From the NCBI GenBank assembly GCA_023245355.1, contig JAHFKN010000001.1, positions 139,528 to 203,527 on the forward strand: a stretch of DNA of 64,000 nucleotides, read 5' to 3'. Source of the stretch: Candidatus Gottesmanbacteria bacterium (GTDB lineage: Bacteria > Patescibacteriota > Microgenomatia > UBA10105 > UBA927). Shown one piece after another: positions 19,221-26,659 of this stretch (the first letter of the stretch is position 1; each line of letters begins with the position of its first letter). The notes under the pieces were generated by a model. That model did no database searches and had not been told where the DNA came from. It worked only from the letters and a program-made list of their open reading frames with translations. Both the position numbers and the translations under genes were made by a program.

Positions 19221-19517
19221 ATGAAATTTGGAAAGGCCATAAATAAGTATCGCAAGGCTAAGAAGCTCTCTCAACGTGAGTTAGCCTTTATTGTGGGCGT
19301 AACACCCACATATTTATCTGCATTGGAAAACGACCGAAAAGAGCCAAGTATCAAGCTGATTCAAGAAATTTGTAAATCCTTGTCTATTCCTAAAGAAATA
19401 TTGTTTTGGGAGTCTCTCAACATGGTGGAGGGGATGACTCAAGATGATAAAAAAATTGTTTCTTCCGCAAAAGAAATCGTTAATAGTTATTTTCTTAAAT
19501 ATTCACATTTATCATGA
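19221..19517 (+). CDS. XRE/Cro-C1 family HTH protein
   Basis: R..KKLSQRELA..VGVTPTYLSALENDRKEPS; ATGA overlap with the RT gene. Confidence 0.92.
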   Translation: MKFGKAINKYRKAKKLSQRELAFIVGVTPTYLSALENDRKEPSIKLIQEICKSLSIPKEILFWESLNMVEGMTQDDKKIVSSAKEIVNSYFLKYSHLS

Positions 19518-20464
19518 TGGCTGCAAAAGCCTCTAAGATTATCACTTCCTCGTACAAAAGTTTTTGTGATTATCTGCGCATTTCCCCCGATGGTTTGGAA
19601 AAAATAATTCTCGGTCCAGATGCATTTATAGACCATAAATTTTCAAAGACCATAAAAGGAAAAAAACGTGATTTTTTGGTACCGAATACACAGCTTGCGG
19701 GTATCCTAAAGAAGATTGACCGTTTGGTTAAAAAACAAATTCCTCTTCCGTCTTACGTATACGGATGGGTTAAGGGAAAATCATCAAGAAAGAATGCGCT
19801 GTTACATGCGGGTGCTGAATATCTTTTTACCACTGATATAGAAAGTTTTTTTCCAAATATTTCACAACAAAAAATAAGCGACTCTCTTGTGAAGTCTGGT
19901 TTTAATCAAGTTGTCTCTACGAAGATTTCGTTGCTCACTACCTTTGGAGGAATATTGCCCCATGGATATCACTCCAGCCCAACCCTCGCCAATGTTGTCT
20001 TCATAGAAAATGATAGACGATTATATCGTTTGGCTAAGAAAAATCATTTTGTTTATAGTCGTTGTGGTGATGACATATCGTTGAGTGGTGAACGACCCGT
20101 TTATCCCCTTATGGGTACAATTAGCGCGATAGTGAGGCAGAGTGGTTTTATTTTATCTAAGAAAAAAACTATTAACTCGGGGCCTCACGACAAAAAAGTC
20201 ATCACAAAATTAGTTGTCAATTCTTCTCCAAGGCCAGAAAAAAAATACGTTTCAAATTTAAAGAATGATATTCGTTCATTATGGGAAGGTGGGGTTGGAT
20301 TAGCAAAACTTTCAAGGCAGAATGGCATGTCTCCAAAGAGAATGATTAAGAATATATGGGGTAGGCTACACTATGTAAAATCCTCAAACCCAAAATTGTA
20401 TCGGGCTATTCGCGGTCTTTTAGTTAAGGCTCGTACTAAGTTGGATATCGCGCCGCCGCGTTAA
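19514..20464 (+). CDS. Retron-type reverse transcriptase with atypical motifs
   Basis: KKR..P, NALLH (retron region X NAxxH), DIESFFPNI, LPHG..SSP.LAN, YSRCGDD and VITKLVVN (region Y-like). No maturase or HNH domain. Confidence 0.88.
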   Translation: MMAAKASKIITSSYKSFCDYLRISPDGLEKIILGPDAFIDHKFSKTIKGKKRDFLVPNTQLAGILKKIDRLVKKQIPLPSYVYGWVKGKSSRKNALLHAGAEYLFTTDIESFFPNISQQKISDSLVKSGFNQVVSTKISLLTTFGGILPHGYHSSPTLANVVFIENDRRLYRLAKKNHFVYSRCGDDISLSGERPVYPLMGTISAIVRQSGFILSKKKTINSGPHDKKVITKLVVNSSPRPEKKYVSNLKNDIRSLWEGGVGLAKLSRQNGMSPKRMIKNIWGRLHYVKSSNPKLYRAIRGLLVKARTKLDIAPPR

Positions 20465-20594
20465 TGCGGGTCAAGGGCGCGTCTTCGCGCTTGCGGAGCC
20501 CTTGGCGCGCATTTGTGTTCCATAATTATTTTGGAGGAGAGGATGCTTTCCCAAGCAGCCTCCCTCCAATATTTTTTGTGTTTGGCGGCGCGAT
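20447..20594. repeat. Multi-hairpin structure closed by an 11-bp perfect inverted repeat (candidate single-strand origin)
   Basis: ATCGCGCCGCC/GGCGGCGCGAT encloses AATGCG-GGTCAAGGGC..GCCCTTGGC-GCGCATT and TTGGAGG-AGAGG-ATGCTT..AAGCA-GCCTC-CCTCCAA. Confidence 0.7.
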
Positions 20595-20713
20595 GATGAT
20601 AGCTATCCTATAATTCTATTTGCACTTTTTATTGTCAAGTGTAATAATTCCTTTTGCGAAACCAGTTACCAGTTGTTGAGAGCGCTTGCTACTGTTGCGT
20701 CCATGCATAAAGC

Positions 20714-20884
20714 ATGGAAATTTCATCGGAGTTCGTCCTCAAAATCAAGCTTCTATTGTCGAAGCGGTTTAATCGTGAGATCTCAGATAAAGAAGCGATA
20801 GAGTTCTATCAAAGTCTCTATTACCTCGGTCGGGCTATCGCTCGTTTCCATGCTCCTCGGCATGAAAACACTAAAGCGAGTTAG
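20714..20884 (+). CDS. Small helical protein (56 aa), resembles the small ORF next to the second recombinase
   Basis: MEISSEFVLKIKLLLSKRFNREISDKEAIEFYQSLYYLG..; below the ORF-track length cutoff. Confidence 0.6.
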   Translation: MEISSEFVLKIKLLLSKRFNREISDKEAIEFYQSLYYLGRAIARFHAPRHENTKAS

Positions 20885-20913
20885 CTCGTCCTCCCAATTA
20901 TCTTTGCTAGCAG

Positions 20914-20963
20914 GGGTGGCTCGCGACAGCGAGACCCTATGCTTGACTCCTTTTAGATCATTT
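20914..20963 (+). other. Candidate double-strand origin for the Rep
   Basis: Hairpin GGGT-GG-CTCGC-GACA-GCGAG-ACCC followed by CTTGACTCCTTTTAG just upstream of rep. Confidence 0.4.
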
Positions 20964-21017
20964 CAAAAGGATAGGATAGACGGGTCTAAGGAATATCTTA
21001 AAGGCCGTTTTTTCGCC

Positions 21018-21761
21018 ATGCGATCTCGACCATCGACGTTTTGTCGGCAAAATAAGTCGATGCTTCTGCACTACGATAATGGCAAAATTTCACATGCTAC
21101 CTTTTTGCGCATCCCGTGTCGTTCGTGGACGTGTCCCGATTGTGCTCCGACAAAAGCACATCGAGTTACCGCATTGCTTAAGGAGATCATTATCCTGAAT
21201 GATATGAAATATTTTTTGACTCTCACTCTCGATCCAGCAAATATTCCGCCCGAGTATTTGGTTCCAGAGAATCAGACGCATAAATATATAACCAAATTAT
21301 TTAACTCCCTTTTGTCCAATATTCGTTTGATCGAAAAAGATTTGCGTTATGTATGGGTTATAGAGTTTCAGAGAAATGGGAATGCGCATATGCATATTGT
21401 ATTAAATACTCGTCTCGATATCGTGCAGATTCGTAAAATTTGGACGCGTATCGGGGGTGGTGCGCAAAGTCGTGTTATGCAAATACGCGATCTTGTCAGT
21501 ATAGCTGCGTATCTTGCAAAATATGTTGGTAAAAGCTTGCTGGGATCTATTGGTAATCTGCATTATTTTGAGCGACGGTATAGCATTAGTCATTCGTGCA
21601 TGCGTCCTGTTATTTCTAAAGCAAAAACGTTTTATCCTGACCTTTCTCATGTGGGTCATTTGGCTATCTTGAGTCAGATGGGTTTACTTGGGGTATATAA
21701 TAAGCTTCTAATTGGCGACTTTATCGATGGCGAAACAATTTCTGTCGATAGAAAAATATGA
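21018..21761 (+). CDS. HUH rolling-circle replication initiator
   Basis: CRSWTCPDC Cys cluster, motif I FLTLT, motif II EFQRNGNAHMH and motif III YLAKY. Start uncertain (20850 or 21018). Confidence 0.88.
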   Translation: MRSRPSTFCRQNKSMLLHYDNGKISHATFLRIPCRSWTCPDCAPTKAHRVTALLKEIIILNDMKYFLTLTLDPANIPPEYLVPENQTHKYITKLFNSLLSNIRLIEKDLRYVWVIEFQRNGNAHMHIVLNTRLDIVQIRKIWTRIGGGAQSRVMQIRDLVSIAAYLAKYVGKSLLGSIGNLHYFERRYSISHSCMRPVISKAKTFYPDLSHVGHLAILSQMGLLGVYNKLLIGDFIDGETISVDRKI

Positions 21762-23242
21762 AATATTTTGTTTATAACCGTAAATCTACTGATGAATCTG
21801 GTAACCAGATTCTTTCCCTTGAGACCCAACGAGCCATAACCGATCATATAGCTCAACAATCTAGCTTGGAGGTTATAGAGACCATTCAGGAAGCCCGAAG
21901 TGCCAAGATTGCAGGCAATCGTCCGCTGTTTACCTCGATGCTTGTACGTGTTCGAGATGGGGAGGCAGAGGGGATAATTGTTGCGCACTTAGACCGACTA
22001 GCGCGTAACGAGAGGGAGTTAGCAGATATCGTCGAGCTTATGCAGAGTAAAGCGCTAAAAGAAGTTCGTACAAAGGATAAGATTTATGACTCGGTTGATG
22101 ATATTTACTACATGGGTATCGACCTTATTGGTGCAGCACAATTTTCTCGTAAACTTGCTGTTCGGGTAAAAGAGGGCATGCAAACAAAAGTTCGCCGTGG
22201 AGAATTCCCGACTCGCGCGCCGATAGGATATATAAACAGAGATGCAAAAATATATCCCGACCCAAACAACCTAAATTACATCAAATTAGCCTTTTCGCTG
22301 TATGCAGATGGCACGCATTCCCTTAAATCCATCACTTATATCCTGAATGACCGTGGTATGCGCACTCGGTACTCTAGGCAAGAGATACAAAAATCCGTTA
22401 TCCATGGAATACTTTCTAATCCTGTCTATTATGGAGCGATTCGTTCTGGTGGAACTCTCTACAAAGGAATTCACGAACCCATTATAAGCAAGGCGCTTTT
22501 TGATCAAGTACAAGAGGTTATGCACGGACATAATAATCCCAAGAAAGAAAAACATGACTATTTGTATCGCGGGTATCTCAAATGCGGCGTCTGTGGCTGT
22601 TCTCTCACCGCTACGCTTAAAAAGCAAAAACATATCTATTACTACTGCACCAATGCCAAAGGTGGTTGCACCCAGCACAATAAATATCTGACACAAGCAC
22701 AGGTTACTGAAAAAATCCCAGAAGTCTTTAAGCCCTTTTCCGCCTTAGAAGCAGATTTTGCACAGCTTGCTTATGAGACGTATGTGAACGATCTAAAAAA
22801 TGGAAGCGTGTCCGCACAAGATCAAGCAGAAGTGGCGCTAAAAGAGATAGATACTAAGTTGGGACGATTACTCGATCTCTACATTTCAGGGTCAGTCGAT
22901 GAGTCGTTGTATAACGAGAAGCGTAAAAAGTTGTCAGAGGAGCGCGTGAAATTAAGTCTCCAATTAACATCCCAAAAAACCGTAGACCCTACTTTAACTT
23001 TGGAACAAATGGAACGGCTGAAAAAGAGCGCTCTATCAATCTATACGATGTTTTGTGAGGGAGATGACTTAGTAAAGGCTGATCTATTGCGTTCAGCACT
23101 TTGGAACGCGCATTGGGTAAATGGAAACATCACGTCCCAGCAATACAAACCTCTTTGGCAAATACTTGAAAAAGGCCTCAAAAGTACCGATTTTAAAACT
23201 ATGTACCCCCTGCCGGATTCGAACCGGCGATTCACGGGCTGA
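21758..23242 (+). CDS. Large serine recombinase/integrase
   Basis: YNRKST catalytic Ser, DRLARN, APIGY, Zn ribbon C..CG..YYYC and a coiled coil; C-terminus overlaps tRNA-Glu antisense. Confidence 0.93.
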   Translation: MKYFVYNRKSTDESGNQILSLETQRAITDHIAQQSSLEVIETIQEARSAKIAGNRPLFTSMLVRVRDGEAEGIIVAHLDRLARNERELADIVELMQSKALKEVRTKDKIYDSVDDIYYMGIDLIGAAQFSRKLAVRVKEGMQTKVRRGEFPTRAPIGYINRDAKIYPDPNNLNYIKLAFSLYADGTHSLKSITYILNDRGMRTRYSRQEIQKSVIHGILSNPVYYGAIRSGGTLYKGIHEPIISKALFDQVQEVMHGHNNPKKEKHDYLYRGYLKCGVCGCSLTATLKKQKHIYYYCTNAKGGCTQHNKYLTQAQVTEKIPEVFKPFSALEADFAQLAYETYVNDLKNGSVSAQDQAEVALKEIDTKLGRLLDLYISGSVDESLYNEKRKKLSEERVKLSLQLTSQKTVDPTLTLEQMERLKKSALSIYTMFCEGDDLVKADLLRSALWNAHWVNGNITSQQYKPLWQILEKGLKSTDFKTMYPLPDSNRRFTG

Positions 23243-23277
23243 AAACCCGTTGTCCTAGGCCGCTAGACGAAGGGGGC
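23204..23277 (-). tRNA. tRNA-Glu (TTC)
   Basis: GCCCCCT..ACGGG-TTTTCAG-CCCGT..GGTTCGAATCC..AGGGGGTA; no encoded CCA. Confidence 0.95.
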
Positions 23278-23415
23278 TCGTATGTGAATTGTACCAAAAA
23301 CAGGCAGTAAAGAAAATTAGGGCAAAAAAAACGCCCAAATCTAAAATCAAAACAATGCCTCACATTTGGCAAAGTCCTGTATTTAGGCTCGGGCGCAACA
23401 ATGCGGTTATATATC

Positions 23416-23826
23416 TCAATCATCATCAATGTTGTTTAGGGCACGGATAATATGCCTCAGCGGCAAACCGAATATACCCGACCCTACCAGGCAAAAACAT
23501 ACGGTAAACAGTAACTTGCCACCCAGCCACAGCAGATTTTCCGTACTGAAGTCTCCTCCTATTTTCGGAGCAGATATCGTGATGACTGGCCACAGTGCCG
23601 CCTCAAAGACGACAAACAGCCAGAGCCAAATACCCTCATCTATCGCAAGGGCGATGGCTGCAAGAAACGAGTACAACAGCATGACACAGACTCCTACGGT
23701 TTCATTCCCATCGGGAAACAATATATACGTCACAACAGGAATGATAAGTATCAAAAGTACCGCGACTACCGGTCCGTACCGAAATTTTACTTTGCGTTTT
23801 TTGGGTTTCCATTGATTTACTGGCAT
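23416..23826 (-). CDS. Hypothetical membrane protein (about 4 TM)
   Basis: GGAGG RBS and hydrophobic segments. Confidence 0.6.
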   Translation of the reverse strand: MPVNQWKPKKRKVKFRYGPVVAVLLILIIPVVTYILFPDGNETVGVCVMLLYSFLAAIALAIDEGIWLWLFVVFEAALWPVITISAPKIGGDFSTENLLWLGGKLLFTVCFCLVGSGIFGLPLRHIIRALNNIDDD

Positions 23827-23835
23827 GATGATCCT

Positions 23836-23914
23836 CCGATCGTAAAAACATATGAATGAAGCGGCTTCACGCACACTCCGGGTATGCAAAAAGCAGCTTC
23901 ATCCACACGATCGG
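23836..23914 (-). ncRNA. Long hairpin in the 5' leader overlapping the SD of the membrane-protein gene
   Basis: CCGATCGT/ACGATCGG, GTGGATGAAGC/GCTTCATTCAT and TGCATAC/GTGTGCG; G-U pairs favour the minus strand. Confidence 0.55.
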
Positions 23915-24052
23915 CTCATTCAGAGATACGATTGAGATATGTTAACGTGCGTGATCACTTCCCCCGCAGATTACCCGGCACATCGGGAACAGCGGATGCA
24001 ATAATCCCGCAAATTATACACAAATAAATGGAAAAACAAAACTATGGGGTAT

Positions 24053-24424
24053 TTAGAAACTGCCGCGTTCCAGAAACTGAACCGCCTGCGAATGCCGCCG
24101 GATACGATGAAGCGTATCTACATTGATTTTCCCCCTATATTCAGGAGAAATACCGTATACCTCCACCACTACCTGCGCGATATTCGGGATAATATTGCGG
24201 ATTGCGGCAGGACGCGGGATGGTAAGCTTTTCCTCAATTTCGTCCAGCATGCCGTTCCAGAGCGCTTCCAGAGGAACTTTCCGTCGTAGCGCACCGTAGG
24301 TAAAGCCGACAAACGTATCCCACTGAGTTCTCGTAATACCGTAGTTTACCGACATATCCGGCATCGTTTTATCGGAGATCGCAAAAATCAGCGAAGCCCG
24401 TTTATCGGCATATTCAAGCTTCAT
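24053..24424 (-). CDS. Hypothetical protein
   Basis: 123-aa ORF. Confidence 0.5.
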   Translation of the reverse strand: MKLEYADKRASLIFAISDKTMPDMSVNYGITRTQWDTFVGFTYGALRRKVPLEALWNGMLDEIEEKLTIPRPAAIRNIIPNIAQVVVEVYGISPEYRGKINVDTLHRIRRHSQAVQFLERGSF

Positions 24425-24518
24425 AGAATCAATAGTATATCATACTATAGGCTATTTATCACCTTTCACGCTCTGTTTCAGGATAATTTGACTGCAGTGA
24501 AGGCGAAAAAGAGGAAAT

Positions 24519-24764
24519 TTATGACTCCTTCAGGGTAAAACAGGCAATGGTCATGGCCCTATCCAGCTTGCTATGCATCGCATTTACCGATGCGGTGAAA
24601 CTGCCTGTCAGTTTCCGTTTATACAAAGGACTCTGGGGATTATCACAGGTGCCCGTCACCATATAATTCACCCCGTCGGGAAATCCTTCCAAACCGCGCT
24701 TGGCGGCTACAAAAAATCTGCATTCATTACAGGGGTAATCGGCTTCTTTTCGCTGCGATCTCAT
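24519..24764 (-). CDS. Small Cys-containing hypothetical protein
   Basis: C..C..C..C pattern; start uncertain. Confidence 0.4.
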   Translation of the reverse strand: MRSQRKEADYPCNECRFFVAAKRGLEGFPDGVNYMVTGTCDNPQSPLYKRKLTGSFTASVNAMHSKLDRAMTIACFTLKES

Positions 24765-24786
24765 ATGGTATAGGTCAGTAACACCG

Positions 24787-25296
24787 TTATCGCCTGAAGT
24801 CTTTGGCAAACAATAATTCGTCCTGTGACCAGCGTAGTCCCGCGCGCGATGCAAAATCATTATACCGCGTTACGACATGTTCGGAATCCGCATGCTCGAT
24901 TCCCTCTATCATGACGGGATTGGGCATCGTAAGCCGCCGTATGTCCGTCCGTCTGTTAGTTGCTATCCCGACTGCTTCATCCGCCATCAAATCTATCCAG
25001 CAGACTGCCGTAGCTACCCGAAACGCCCTGGGAGACCGTGCGCCCTGCAGCTGTAACAGCCTCATCTCACGGTCCAGCAGTTCGAAGCTCGTAACCGCCC
25101 CTTCTTTTTCCTTGTACGACAAAAGCAAACTCACATCTCCTGTTACCGGCGTATGCATAGTACCCCGTTCGGCTCCGACCAGGAATGCTAGCGAGATCCG
25201 TGACCTATCCAGCGGAGGCAGAATAAATGACCGCAGATACGTTTCAAACCCCGTTGTTTTCGGAAACATCGACTGAATATGTTCAATTCGTGCCAT
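24787..25296 (-). CDS. Hypothetical protein
   Basis: 169-aa ORF with AAGG upstream. Confidence 0.5.
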   Translation of the reverse strand: MARIEHIQSMFPKTTGFETYLRSFILPPLDRSRISLAFLVGAERGTMHTPVTGDVSLLLSYKEKEGAVTSFELLDREMRLLQLQGARSPRAFRVATAVCWIDLMADEAVGIATNRRTDIRRLTMPNPVMIEGIEHADSEHVVTRYNDFASRAGLRWSQDELLFAKDFRR

Positions 25297-25462
25297 ACGT
25301 TAATTACCTTACGAAGCTGAAGTATAGAGCTTTAGCACTGTATTCTCAACTCTTAAGCGCGTCTGAACGCGACGGACGAATTGATTTGCCTCTCATTTTC
25401 CCGTGATATTTGTGTATTCCCCCCTTGCATGTTGGTAGGCATTTGCCTTTAAATAGTTCAAT

Positions 25463-25942
25463 ATGAATGATCAAACATCTTCTGACCCCGTAGAGACCGG
25501 TGAAGTTATAGAGGCAACTCCTGTCAGTACTGCTTCGGATTCGTCCGGCGCTGATACCGTATTGGAACTTGAGAATATGATAAAAAATTCCGTGACGACC
25601 ATCGACCGGAACAAGGCAGAACTCAAAAAACACAAAGAAATGCTGGAAAGCGCGCTGTTAAATGACGAGCCGTACCGTCTGGCAACCGAAAAAACCAAAG
25701 AAGCGGCCAAAGAAAAAGGCAAAGCCAAAATGAATGTCATGCAAAACCCCGCTACCAGACAGATTGCAGAAAAGGTAAAAGATATGACACAGGAAAATAA
25801 AGACCTGCTCGCGGCTCAGTCGGAATATTTGCGCGAGTACGCACGGCTTTCCGGCACGAATGAAATAGAGGGTGAAGACGGAGAGGTCCGGGAAATCGTA
25901 TATGTTGCCAAACTGATAAAGAAAGCCCGGAGAAACAGCTAA
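25463..25942 (+). CDS. Coiled-coil hypothetical protein
   Basis: 159-aa charged helical ORF ending GEDGEVREIVYVAKL. Confidence 0.7.
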   Translation: MNDQTSSDPVETGEVIEATPVSTASDSSGADTVLELENMIKNSVTTIDRNKAELKKHKEMLESALLNDEPYRLATEKTKEAAKEKGKAKMNVMQNPATRQIAEKVKDMTQENKDLLAAQSEYLREYARLSGTNEIEGEDGEVREIVYVAKLIKKARRNS

Positions 25943-25953
25943 GTTTCCCGGCC

Positions 25954-26637
25954 TTACTGCAGGGAGATACCGTTCTTCCTGCGTTCTTCTACCAAAAACC
26001 ATTCCTCTTTGGGTGAGATAAGCCATCTGGCAATCACGCGGAGCGCGTCTTTGTACTGGGTTTTGTGGCATCTGGCTGCCGCGATTTTTTTGGTGAACGT
26101 GCGCTTTACATTTACGATCATGTCTACGTCTTCCCGTTTGAACCCGGGCGGAAAGAATACGAAATATGATTGCATAAGCTTGCTTACTGATTCGCTCACG
26201 CAGTTGTACCAGATAGCATCAATCGAACGGTTCTCGCGGTACACGTAACTCGTAATCATAGAAACGGCGACATGATCCAGATGCCCCGATACTCCGCGGA
26301 GTTCCGTGGTGATGAGAAGTGACGGCTTGTATTCTTTTACCAATACCGTCAGTTTTTCCGCTACTTCGTGATAAAGGTTATTGTTGAGCGACCCGTCCTG
26401 GAAATGCAAAAAATGCACGTGCTGCACTCCGAGTGCTTTCGCGGAAGCACGAAGCTCCTCTATCCGCAGATCGGAAAGCTTTTTCCCCCCGATGGGGTGA
26501 AACCGCGGATCACTGGCTCCGTCGGTGACGCATATTACGTGTACGTCTTCCGTTTTGGCAAGCAGTGCGAGCGTTCCCGACGGACCAAACGCTTCATCAT
26601 CGGGGTGGGCTATCACACAAAATACCGTCTTTTTCAT
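25954..26637 (-). CDS. PIG-L/LmbE family deacetylase
   Basis: AHPDDE, TDG, GHLDH and HKTQ. Confidence 0.9.
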   Translation of the reverse strand: MKKTVFCVIAHPDDEAFGPSGTLALLAKTEDVHVICVTDGASDPRFHPIGGKKLSDLRIEELRASAKALGVQHVHFLHFQDGSLNNNLYHEVAEKLTVLVKEYKPSLLITTELRGVSGHLDHVAVSMITSYVYRENRSIDAIWYNCVSESVSKLMQSYFVFFPPGFKREDVDMIVNVKRTFTKKIAAARCHKTQYKDALRVIARWLISPKEEWFLVEERRKNGISLQ

Positions 26638-26659
26638 TATGGTAGATTATAATACACCT

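Larger units (their letters stand above)
18549..23206 (+). mobile_element. ~4.65 kb integrated rolling-circle element (serine recombinase + HUH Rep + retron-like cargo) at the tRNA-Glu 3' end
   Basis: Visibly AT-richer block; GTAC at 18549-18552 and 23203-23206; recombinase ORF reads into the tRNA; Rep and RT genes present. Confidence 0.8.

Noticed and set aside
19514-20464. RT as a group II intron, DGR or CRISPR-associated RT
   Set aside because: Only 316 aa with no maturase or HNH domain; no intron domain V seen; no TR/VR repeat pair, Avd or Cas1. NAxxH points to a retron.
20447-20594. This structure as the primary retron msr-msd
   Set aside because: It lies downstream of the RT. The upstream 18654-18873 region has a promoter and a better msr/msd layout. 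Kept only as an alternative.
18549-23206. Inovirus or microvirus prophage
   Set aside because: No Zot/pI ATPase, small TM coat proteins or major capsid gene within the boundaries.
23836-23914. SRP (4.5S) RNA
   Set aside because: AAGCAGC is present on the plus strand, but the conserved CAGG-GNRA-AGCA helix-8 motif is not, and wobble pairs favour the minus strand.
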